This document shows, piece by piece, positions 47,275 to 55,526 of a DNA stretch of 64,000 bases (within the stretch, counting starts at the first letter, position 1; each line of letters starts with the position of its first letter). The DNA lies in the IMG/VR virus record IMGVR_UViG_3300030329_003696, positions 64,001 through 128,000 of that record; one strand, 5' to 3'. Made by a program: the position numbers and the translations under genes. The notes under the pieces are model-generated. The model was not told the DNA's origin. It ran no database searches and saw only the letters and a list, made by a program, of their open reading frames with translations. The stretch is from a virus.

Positions 47275-47574
47275 TCATAGTTCTGTACTCCATTCGTGAT
47301 ATTGTTCGGTACTCATAAAACTCATATCTTCACCGTGAGCAAGTACCCACGGAAAACCAAATTCATCTTCTACCCATAGTTCAAGCAAATCTAAATTGCC
47401 AGCGGCTACAGCTTCGTCAAGTACCTCAGTAGGTACAGCGACCTTCATAGAACTAATCGCTCCACCTTCAGGGGTTTCTCCAAACCACTCGCACTGTTGC
47501 CAGTTCGACGGTTTCAATATCCTGCAAAGTGTAACCATACAAACGCCCATCGGGGGCAAAATTCCATCATTCAT
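47275..47574 (-). CDS. hypothetical protein
   Basis: coupled ORF. Confidence 0.6.
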   Translation of the reverse strand: MNDGILPPMGVCMVTLCRILKPSNWQQCEWFGETPEGGAISSMKVAVPTEVLDEAVAAGNLDLLELWVEDEFGFPWVLAHGEDMSFMSTEQYHEWSTEL

Positions 47575-48008
47575 TATTCGGTCTCCAAGTCATCCCATTC
47601 AATCAGTCCACCGTTAACCATACCACGAACAAAAGCGTATTCGTTTTTGGCAAGCTGAATTTCATCGGCTTCGTTTTCGCCATAGTCAAAACCACTTTCC
47701 ATATCGACGAAATCCGTACCGCCTTTATGCGTGGTGTAAATTGCTTTTTCCTCGAATTGCTTTCTCAGCTTTTCGATGTTGCGAGCTTTTGCCGCTTTCG
47801 CTTTTTGGTGTGCGGTTTCGGTTTCTTCTTCTTCCGCAATCAATTCATTCAAGCGTGCAAGCGTACGACCACCACGAATCTTGTCGTGATACTTTTCAGG
47901 CAGCAAATCGTTAGGAACTTCGATGCACTCAGCGAACACGCCTTCAACGTGTGCATTGAGTTCGTCGATGTTGTTGAATCCGCAGTAAGGTTTAGTTGAG
48001 TCTAGCAT
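47574..48008 (-). CDS. hypothetical protein
   Basis: RBS GAAAGGA, promoter 48042-48070. Confidence 0.7.
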   Translation of the reverse strand: MLDSTKPYCGFNNIDELNAHVEGVFAECIEVPNDLLPEKYHDKIRGGRTLARLNELIAEEEETETAHQKAKAAKARNIEKLRKQFEEKAIYTTHKGGTDFVDMESGFDYGENEADEIQLAKNEYAFVRGMVNGGLIEWDDLETE

Positions 48009-48066
48009 AGTTTTCCTTTCGAGTGTGTTTTGTATATCTAAATTTTACTTTATGAAATTGTATTTG

Positions 48067-48222
48067 TCAAGGGGTTTCAGAAACTTTTTCCGACTTTTTT
48101 GCTTCTTTGTCTATGACAACCATAGCGTCAATAATAGCGTTTGTGGCTGCCCTTGATGCTCCGGCTTCCTTAGCCTTGTGCCATACTTCCCACAACAGTG
48201 ATTTTAGTTCTTTCGTTTTCAT
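48067..48222 (-). CDS. small hypothetical protein
   Basis: RBS and promoter 48248-48276. Confidence 0.55.
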   Translation of the reverse strand: MKTKELKSLLWEVWHKAKEAGASRAATNAIIDAMVVIDKEAKKSEKVSETP

Positions 48223-48571
48223 TTTCTTTCCTTTCGTTATGTTTATCATTATACCATAATTATCGGCACTTGTCAATAGCAATCTTAACTAATTCTCATA
48301 ATAATTTAATATTTTTGTGACAACCCAGCCGACTGGAATCAACAACGCCGGAACAATTACGAACATCATCAATTCTTCGTTTTCAATCATCCACTCAAAA
48401 CTCATAGCTTTCCTTTCGTGTTAACTTCTTAAGTCTATCATATATATCGGCCACTGTCAAGGGCAATCTTTAGAAAATCTCAAAAAAAAGGCAAAAAATC
48501 CCGGCCGGGGCCGCCCGGATCGACTCACTGTCAATAGGGAAAGTTTGAAAAAGACAAGTTTTTCCCAGTTT

Positions 48572-48784
48572 TTAGAACCCGCCTAATCCGTGCATGTCGT
48601 GCAACACATCCCAAGCCGATTGGGAAGCGTTCCATTCATCGACAGTCATTCCGAATTGTTCATGAATTGGGATCTCTTTGACTTCCGATTCTTTCCAGCT
48701 ATTGCCGTTTGCAATGCTTGGCTTGTCAGAGCCACCGATTAACAAATACTGTTTTCCCTGTTCGGGCTTATCTTTTTTAGTCAT
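48572..48784 (-). CDS. hypothetical protein
   Basis: RBS GAAAGGA. Confidence 0.6.
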   Translation of the reverse strand: MTKKDKPEQGKQYLLIGGSDKPSIANGNSWKESEVKEIPIHEQFGMTVDEWNASQSAWDVLHDMHGLGGF

Positions 48785-48840
48785 AATCTTTCCTTTCGTT
48801 GATTTCTTATATTATTATTATCGTCTATGGGCGTGACACG

Positions 48841-49053
48841 TTAGGTCATCCGAACGTATTTTCCTACAAGTTTATGCCACTTTTTCATGACATATTCGTA
48901 TTTGCCCTGACACTCAGGATTGCCTATTGCAGCTCCGGTTGAACCTACCCAACTACAGATTGCCCACTTGTTTGTATGATTGCATCGCACTAGGTAACGC
49001 ATGCCGGTTGGCGTATCTTTGGTCATTCTGATTGTATAAGGTTGGTAGTTCAT
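48841..49053 (-). CDS. hypothetical protein (sigma54-type promoter upstream)
   Basis: start MNYQPY after GAAAGGA. Confidence 0.6.
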   Translation of the reverse strand: MNYQPYTIRMTKDTPTGMRYLVRCNHTNKWAICSWVGSTGAAIGNPECQGKYEYVMKKWHKLVGKYVRMT

Positions 49054-49090
49054 AATCTTTCCTTTCGATTGCTTTCTATAGTATATATAG

Positions 49091-49340
49091 TGCATTACCC
49101 GTGCCAAACGTGCCGATTGAGCCAATAAAATAAAATAATCTTTTATTAGCCTGTAAAACAAGGGGTTTCAGAACATAAATAAATTTTTGTGTTTTGGCAT
49201 GGGTTTTGGCATGGCTTGAAAAGTGTTATCAAATTGATACAACCTGTTATCAAATTGTCCTAATGCTACTATACAAGTATAATACGAGGTAACCAAAAAT
49301 CAAAATGATGACACATTAACATAGAGCAAATACCGTGCCA
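49091..49340 (-). promoter_or_regulatory. two sigma54-type boxes plus tandem TGTTATCAAATTG sites
   Basis: TGGCACG-GGTA-ATGCA (49106-49091), TGGCACG-GTAT-TTGCT (49340-49325); repeats at 49224 and 49245. Confidence 0.6.
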
Positions 49341-49420
49341 AAAATTGCCGACCGGGCGGCCCCGGAGCTGGTGGCTGTCAATAGGGAAAGTTTGAAAAAG
49401 ACAAACTTTTTCCTAGTTTT

Positions 49421-49945
49421 TTATAGCTCATCTGGGAAGTCTTCCATGTCAAACAGCTCAACGTGTTTGTGTACCAAGTCCAGAGGGACGGGAAGATTGT
49501 ACCCTTTGCGGCTTTCCTTTCGTTTAGAAGCCCACTGATCCCAGAACCTTTCGCTAGTTGTCCATTTCAATATGATTCCCTCGGTCGGATGAACAAAAGC
49601 GAAAACAATATACTCAAACGATTCCGGACATATTCCCATAAAGAAAAACCGTTTATTAGTCTGATTGCTATTGGTCACCAAAGCCGATTTTACCTCAACT
49701 CTCACAGGGCGGTCTGTAAGCTCAACCGTAATATCCCACTCGCCCGTATGAACGGTTTGAGTTGCTTCAAAGCCCATATTTTTAATGTGTGAGAAGACTA
49801 CGCTTTCAATGCGTGTTCCTCGGTTTGTGGAAGTCATCTTTGACGCAGCGAAAGAGGATGGGCAATGATCCCCATAAAGCGACTTGTTTCCTTCTTGTCC
49901 TTCTGCGTCGATTAACTGATCAAGTGTGATTTCGTTGTAGCTCAT
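49421..49945 (-). CDS. PD-(D/E)XK-like nuclease
   Basis: RGTRIE...WDITV...VEVKSA. Confidence 0.65.
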   Translation of the reverse strand: MSYNEITLDQLIDAEGQEGNKSLYGDHCPSSFAASKMTSTNRGTRIESVVFSHIKNMGFEATQTVHTGEWDITVELTDRPVRVEVKSALVTNSNQTNKRFFFMGICPESFEYIVFAFVHPTEGIILKWTTSERFWDQWASKRKESRKGYNLPVPLDLVHKHVELFDMEDFPDEL

Positions 49946-50046
49946 TTTTTTACCTTTGCTTGTGTTGTGCTTAATTGCTTATGTCTTAATTATAATATAC
50001 TTATCGGATTTGTCAAGGGGAATCTTTAATAATTCCCAAAGTTTTT

Positions 50047-50355
50047 TTATCCTGCTACCCATGCGTGCAACGATGCTTCATCCCATTTACGGGGAAAGCC
50101 CGAAGCATCGCAATCGCTAGGGCAACCGCACTGAATCCAAACCTTGGCCGAATTCAGAAGCTCGCTCAATGGAGCGTATGGCGAATAATTGAAAACCATA
50201 GCGTTGCCGATTGGATCAACGACGTAAGCAATCAGCTTGGTAACCATTACGTTACCATCTGGATCGAGTTCGCTAATCTTATCAACCCATAGGGTATGAT
50301 CTTCAAGGCCGTAGTTTTCAGAATTAAAGATATTTTTAACAGCTTCAGTTTTCAT
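50047..50355 (-). CDS. hypothetical protein
   Basis: RBS and own promoter. Confidence 0.65.
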   Translation of the reverse strand: MKTEAVKNIFNSENYGLEDHTLWVDKISELDPDGNVMVTKLIAYVVDPIGNAMVFNYSPYAPLSELLNSAKVWIQCGCPSDCDASGFPRKWDEASLHAWVAG

Positions 50356-50432
50356 TTTAACTTTCCTTTGTGTTGTTTTGTTATGTTCTTATTATACTAT
50401 AACTATCGGCAAAAGTCAAGGGGTATCTTGAA

Positions 50433-50546
50433 CTATTTTTCAAAAATATTGAAATAAATAATGTGTGCCCCAAGCGTTGCGATTGATACAATAATGCCGG
50501 TTGAAACGATAATCTTCGAGAGAATTTCTAATTGTGCCATTTTCAT
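50433..50546 (-). CDS. 37-aa membrane peptide (..HIIYFNIFEK)
   Basis: manual translation; own promoter and RBS; paralog at 51699-51797. Confidence 0.65.
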   Translation of the reverse strand: MKMAQLEILSKIIVSTGIIVSIATLGAHIIYFNIFEK

Positions 50547-50732
50547 TTTCCTTTGTGTTGTGTTTTTGTTATGCTTCTATTATACATAGATCGGCAGAAA
50601 TGTCAATAGGCTTTAGCTAAAAATCCAGAAAAAAAGCAAAGTTTTTCCGGGGCCGCCCGGATCGCCCAGGTGTCAACAGTAAATCTGGTCTTTTTGTCGA
50701 AGTACTGTGACGCCCCTAGGCGATTGGTTAGG

Positions 50733-51014
50733 CTAAGACGGCAAGCATCCGTCAACTATACCACCGTGAGCGTCAAGCTCTGCCTGTACTACCTCAATCG
50801 GCACGAAACCATAAACGGTCTCGGTGTAGTCGCTAGTACCGCACAGCTCTGCATAGTTGCGTAGCTCTGCTGTCTTTGGTGTAGTGGTAGGAAATCCACA
50901 CTCTACAGTAAGCAGGTTGCCTGCTGTGTTACGTTGGCAGTAGCTACCATCGTGAGCCTGTACGCTGATATTAAAGCCATCGTTGCAAGTGATTCTAGGA
51001 TTGTGATTGTACAT
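50733..51014 (-). CDS. conserved phage protein
   Basis: CNDGFNISVQA...YC...VECGFP...TVYGFVP...HGG. Confidence 0.75.
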   Translation of the reverse strand: MYNHNPRITCNDGFNISVQAHDGSYCQRNTAGNLLTVECGFPTTTPKTAELRNYAELCGTSDYTETVYGFVPIEVVQAELDAHGGIVDGCLPS

Positions 51015-51130
51015 AAGATAAACCTTTTCTAGTATAGTGTAGTTGTGTTGGCCATTGTTATTCTCTTAGGCTTGAGTGGTTATTGTTATAGTGTTAAACC
51101 TTCACTCAGGAATAGCTACACGCTACCCAT

Positions 51131-51364
51131 CTACTCGTTGGCGGTTCCGTACTTCTCGAAGTATCGACGCATAGCGTCCATCTTGGATTGCGGTACTTCC
51201 GTAACGCTGATAGTCTCAACGTCATTATGATAATGATTGTAACGGAAGCGGGTTTCACCGTGTTCGTTGGTGAATAGCGAATCCTGCCCAACAGTGCAGA
51301 ATGTAGTTTCTCGACCTGTTACTGGGTGTATAGCCAGAACGTCAAAGTTTTTTTTGTTAGTCAT
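51131..51364 (-). CDS. hypothetical protein
   Basis: RBS and own promoter. Confidence 0.6.
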   Translation of the reverse strand: MTNKKNFDVLAIHPVTGRETTFCTVGQDSLFTNEHGETRFRYNHYHNDVETISVTEVPQSKMDAMRRYFEKYGTANE

Positions 51365-51443
51365 ATTGTTACCTTTCGTGAATGACTGTTGTGTGTTATG
51401 CTTTAAGTATACCATACTTATCGGCGTTTGTCAAGTGGTTTCT

Positions 51444-51614
51444 TTAACTATTCATGATATTTTTTAGAATATCTTTTCTAGCCCAAAGCACTTCCAATTC
51501 GTTCATTATCTCAGTTTTCTTATAGCGTGAACGTGCGTTGGCGTGTTCGTTGACTTTCGCTTCAATTTGTCGGTTAGTCGTGAACAGTTTCAGTTTAGCT
51601 TCGTTGCGAGTCAT
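51444..51614 (-). CDS. 56-aa helical protein
   Basis: manual translation MTRNEAKLKL..; RBS GAAAGGA and promoter. Confidence 0.6.
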   Translation of the reverse strand: MTRNEAKLKLFTTNRQIEAKVNEHANARSRYKKTEIMNELEVLWARKDILKNIMNS

Positions 51615-51698
51615 GTTGTGTTCCTTTCGAGAACGTTGTTTAATTGTTATGTCTTAAGTATATTATATATATCGGCAAAAGTCAATAGCAATCTTTAA

Positions 51699-51797
51699 TT
51701 ATTTTCCAAGAATATTAAAATAAATTATGTGTCCGATTAAACCTGCGAAAGCTGTTACTGTGCCGATTGTTACGATTGTTGTTGCGATGATTGTCAT
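51699..51797 (-). CDS. 32-aa membrane peptide (..HIIYFNILGK)
   Basis: manual translation; own promoter and RBS. Confidence 0.65.
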   Translation of the reverse strand: MTIIATTIVTIGTVTAFAGLIGHIIYFNILGK

Positions 51798-52051
51798 AGT
51801 TAACCTTTCGTTGTTGTTTGTTATGCTTTAAGTATATCATAAAGATCGGCACTTGTCAATAGTAAACTGAAATAATTCTGAAAAAAAACAGAAAAAATCT
51901 GATCCGGGCCCCCCCAGCTTATGTGGTGGGTGTTTTATCTTCGATGTCAATCTACTTTTCAATAAGAAAAAAGCCCTAGGTGGTTCAGTCACAATTCGGA
52001 GCACTCTCTAGGGTTGTCTTACCTAAACCACACCATTAAAGTAAATAGGTA

Positions 52052-52918
52052 TTAGTCCGTAGAATCGACTTGTGCCCCATAGATACGCTTCCAGTCTTGA
52101 TCTTCCCTAACAGAGAGGTTGTAGCTCCACGCTGCTTCTAATAAAGGACAATCGACGCCCTGTTCTGCAAAAAGAGTAATCATACCATTTAAATCTTTTG
52201 GAAAACACTTGCCCCCAAACCCCAATTGACCGTCAGGTCCCGGTACATTCCAGTGTGACCCTCCCAATCTAGAGTCTGTTTGGTTCGCTGCCCCTATAAA
52301 TTTATTGTAATCAATACCTAAAGATTCACTAAGTTGATACATATGATTCGCAAAGGTCACCCTAACCGAAAGATAACTGTTGATTGTATACTTTATTAGC
52401 TCTGCCTCTGTGTTTGATACAAATATACATTCACACCCCACCCACAATGACTCATGATATCTTTGGAATATGCCCCTTAAGGACTCTGAGTCGCCCTCTG
52501 GAAGCCCTAAAACATGATACTTGGCATTGCGTAGGTCTTCGTAAGCATTTCGCTCTGTGAGGAACTCAGGGTTTGTTACAATCACAATATTACTAAATTC
52601 TTTTTTGAGTCGCTCTGAAGTTCCCGGTGACATAGTTGATTTTATTAAAACGATGGGCTTGTCTACCCTATTTTCTGACAAATCGCTGATCAATCCTAAA
52701 CTTTGCTCTAATATTCCCGTATGACACTTACCATTTTTATCCATAGGCGTCGGAACTGCCACATAAATTAACTCTGAGCGTGTTACAACGCGATTATAAC
52801 CCTCTGAAATGTCGCCGTCTCTTGCATCAAACGCTTCTATTGAATGATGAGAGTTTTCGATGAGGAACTTTTCCATAGAACCACCAACAAAACCTCTACC
52901 AATAATACCGATTCTCAT
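52052..52918 (-). CDS. UDP-glucose/GDP-mannose dehydrogenase family protein
   Basis: GIIGRGFVG, VPTP, IKST, NPEFL, GFGGKCFPKD. Confidence 0.9.
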   Translation of the reverse strand: MRIGIIGRGFVGGSMEKFLIENSHHSIEAFDARDGDISEGYNRVVTRSELIYVAVPTPMDKNGKCHTGILEQSLGLISDLSENRVDKPIVLIKSTMSPGTSERLKKEFSNIVIVTNPEFLTERNAYEDLRNAKYHVLGLPEGDSESLRGIFQRYHESLWVGCECIFVSNTEAELIKYTINSYLSVRVTFANHMYQLSESLGIDYNKFIGAANQTDSRLGGSHWNVPGPDGQLGFGGKCFPKDLNGMITLFAEQGVDCPLLEAAWSYNLSVREDQDWKRIYGAQVDSTD

Positions 52919-52938
52919 AACTTCTCCCTATTTTGTTA

Positions 52939-53230
52939 TTACATACCAAGACCATTTATACCTGTAAAGATATTACAAGCACTTTAGTTGAGATAGGAAG
53001 CAGTTAGGTCTTCAACACTAATTTCTTTACACTCACTCAATAAATTTGCCTTGAGGCCTTTACAGGTCTAGGTTGGTTGGTCACACAGAGCCTAGATTTC
53101 AATTTTGCCTAACCTTGGAGTCCTTGGAAACTCGCCGGTAACTTCCTAATTCAGCTGGACTTAGGTGAGGCTACAGCCCAATTATTCACTTTATACAAAT
53201 ATTTGCTGAATCTGATCACTTTTCAACCAT
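52939..53230 (-). ncRNA. unassigned ~290-nt multi-pseudoknot RNA, copy 2
   Basis: homologous to 30211-30498; promoter TTGCTA-17-TAGAAT at 53270-53242. Confidence 0.8.
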
Positions 53231-53338
53231 TGATCTACTATATTCTAGCTCTTTTTACAAGTTTTAGCAAAACGTTTTTTGGAATTTTGCCCTCTTCTGT
53301 GTATAATAGGATGGAGAGACAGTAACAAGCACTAAGAT

Positions 53339-53539
53339 ATGGAACAAAAAATGACTGAAAAAATTAATGGTGACAAAAAAAATCCAACGAAATGTGAATC
53401 TGTGACTTGCTGCAAGGCGACAGCATCGCTACAGAAGTCTGTGGCCGAAGATTTGAAGAAGGAAGACAAGAACTTACAGGATATTTTAAATGACGACTCT
53501 GAAAACACTGCCGCTGGGGATCAGCCCTGCGAAGATTAA
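53339..53539 (+). CDS. small hypothetical protein
   Basis: first ORF after TGTGTATAAT. Confidence 0.5.
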   Translation: MEQKMTEKINGDKKNPTKCESVTCCKATASLQKSVAEDLKKEDKNLQDILNDDSENTAAGDQPCED

Positions 53540-54194
53540 GCAAGAAAAAGTTATAATAGACGCTTGCTGCTTTGATGACCTAAAGCACCCCTATTATTCT
53601 GAAGACACAGAGTGTATAAAAGACCACTGCCTACAGGATATTGTGGGTTTAGACACTGAATTTATGTATTCAGCCTTTTGTTTTGGCAAAGAAATCGAAA
53701 CAGATAGTGGTACTCACGGGGAAGTGGGGTTAGGTAGACTAACCAAAGAGGACGATCAAGTAATTTTACTTAGAGAGTCCGCTATTTTCTACCAAAATCA
53801 AGATTCTGGAAGAGTTCCACCCCAAAATGACAACGAAATAAACCAAGGCTTCTTTGAAGAAGACTCAAACCTGCTTATATCAGTCTTCCAAACAGACCCT
53901 TTAGACTCTCATCTCATACAAAACACACTTTTCTACAATGGTGGGTATGTAAAACTCACCGATGAGGGTATATTATGCTCCCTAGATGGTCACTTAATTA
54001 AATTTAGCCCTCAAGACTTGGTTAAATTTATATCTAGAAGTAGTGCTAACATATCAACTGGCCCTATTTCTATTAAACCATTAAAAACTCGGCCCTCTAG
54101 AGTCAAAAAAGGAACAGTTATCTTCAACGAAATCAAAAGCAAGCTTGAAGTATACGATGGAACAGAGTGGAAAACTCTAAAATGGGAGGACTAA
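53490..54194 (+). CDS. hypothetical protein (C-terminus resembles tail-fibre-type motif)
   Basis: GTVIFN...KLEVYDGTEW. Confidence 0.6.
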   Translation: MTTLKTLPLGISPAKIKQEKVIIDACCFDDLKHPYYSEDTECIKDHCLQDIVGLDTEFMYSAFCFGKEIETDSGTHGEVGLGRLTKEDDQVILLRESAIFYQNQDSGRVPPQNDNEINQGFFEEDSNLLISVFQTDPLDSHLIQNTLFYNGGYVKLTDEGILCSLDGHLIKFSPQDLVKFISRSSANISTGPISIKPLKTRPSRVKKGTVIFNEIKSKLEVYDGTEWKTLKWED

Positions 54195-54195
54195 C

Positions 54196-54711
54196 ATGAA
54201 ATTACCCAAAGGAATGACTGAACAACAGGTTATAGATCAAATAAATATTGTCTGTAATAGAATATCACCTAGATATACCTTTTATGGATATACAGTTGAT
54301 GACATAAAACAGGAATCTTTCATTATTTGTATGGAAGCCCTAAACAGATATGATGGAATTCGCCCTTTGGAAAACTTCCTGAGTGTAAATCTATCTAATC
54401 GACTTAAAAATTTCGTGAGAGACAATCACTTTTTAGGTTCTGAGAACACAGAGAGACAAAAAGTTTACCAACCGGCTCAGTTGGAATACGAGGACTACAT
54501 AGTAGACGAAGAAAATAAACTTTCTATATCATACGATCATATACAAAAGGAAGAAATGGTTGATGCTATTAATAAATACCTACCAGCCAACATGAGAATG
54601 GATTATCTCAAGATGATTAATGATGTTTATATTACGAAACAACGAAGAGAAGAGATCACAAATATAATTATAGATATTTTACAGGAACACGGTTACCATG
54701 AAGAAGGGTAG
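54196..54711 (+). CDS. sigma-factor-like protein (region 2)
   Basis: DDIKQESFIICMEALNRYD...LENFLSVNLSNRLKNF. Confidence 0.65.
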   Translation: MKLPKGMTEQQVIDQINIVCNRISPRYTFYGYTVDDIKQESFIICMEALNRYDGIRPLENFLSVNLSNRLKNFVRDNHFLGSENTERQKVYQPAQLEYEDYIVDEENKLSISYDHIQKEEMVDAINKYLPANMRMDYLKMINDVYITKQRREEITNIIIDILQEHGYHEEG

Positions 54712-55510
54712 ATTCTCTAAAGACGAGATAAAATTCATAAAAGAGAATATTGATACCGGTGCAAACCGAATAGCAACCGAACTAAACCGAGATCCTGACA
54801 GTGTTTTGGATTTAATCAAGAGAAATGTTGCCAAGGGCGAGTTTGAGCGTCCAATTTGGATGGAAGATCAGGGCGATGTAGAAAAAGCCAAGTACGATTT
54901 AACCTTTAGACCGTATTGGACAGAGCTAAAACAGCAATTTACCGACGACGAGCTTGAATTATTCCAATACCACTGGGCAAGAATCATCTCACAGTTTAAA
55001 GATGATGTGATTCCCACCGAAGAACTACAAGTTGTTGACCTAATTAAGCTAGAATTGCTAATGAATAGGGCACTCAAGCACAACAAAGAGAACATCGAGC
55101 AGATATCAGCCCTAGAAGCCCTCATATTAAGCGAGAGACAGCGTGATCCAGATCAGGTAGACAAAGACGCCTTGTTTAATATGGAGCGTCAGGTGGCCTC
55201 TCTGAAGGCCTCACAGGAGTCTTTGAATCGTGACTACAGAGATTTACAAACAAAGAAGAACTCGATGTTAAAGGAAATGAAGGCGACCCGTGAGCAACGA
55301 GTTAAAAGATTAGAAGATAGTAAACAGAACTTTACTAGTTGGATGTCGTATCTTGTAGCTAATCCGGAAGTAACAAATGCTTATGGTCTTGAGATGGAAA
55401 AAATGAGATTAGCAATGAACAAGGAAAAAGAAAGACTAGCACAATACCACAAATATACGGATGAGATGGTAGATCAACCATTTCTAACACCCGAAACAGT
55501 TAAAGACTAA
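54698..55510 (+). CDS. HTH + coiled-coil protein (possible small terminase)
   Basis: IATELNRDPDSV; long coiled coil; upstream of terminase. Confidence 0.5.
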   Translation: MKKGRFSKDEIKFIKENIDTGANRIATELNRDPDSVLDLIKRNVAKGEFERPIWMEDQGDVEKAKYDLTFRPYWTELKQQFTDDELELFQYHWARIISQFKDDVIPTEELQVVDLIKLELLMNRALKHNKENIEQISALEALILSERQRDPDQVDKDALFNMERQVASLKASQESLNRDYRDLQTKKNSMLKEMKATREQRVKRLEDSKQNFTSWMSYLVANPEVTNAYGLEMEKMRLAMNKEKERLAQYHKYTDEMVDQPFLTPETVKD

Positions 55511-55526
55511 AAGGAACAGGACTAAA

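Larger units (their letters stand above)
19184..51859 (-). promoter_or_regulatory. family of ~25 strong sigma70-type promoters TTGAC(A/T)-16/17-TA(T/G)A(A/C)T, most with (C/A)CGAT(A) in the spacer
   Basis: -10 boxes at e.g. 28466, 30155, 31056, 33872, 36460, 37500, 39092, 40643, 42098, 43540, 43769, 44698, 45149, 45506, 46363, 48248, 49989, 50391, 50579, 51406, 51657, 51831. Confidence 0.85.
39507..51917. repeat. dispersed array of ten GC dyads CCGGG-N4-CCCGG (mostly followed by N10-TGTCAA)
   Basis: cores at 39507, 40755, 42196, 43879, 45615, 46904, 48505, 49352, 50647, 51904. Confidence 0.9.

Noticed and set aside
284-51467. Numerous plus-strand ORFs left of 53 kb (and minus-strand ORFs right of it)
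   Set aside because: Antisense shadows of well-supported genes; no RBS or motifs.
39507-51917. CRISPR array interpretation of the dispersed repeats
   Set aside because: Spacing is about 1-2 kb with genes in between; no 30-40 bp repeat-spacer periodicity and no cas genes.
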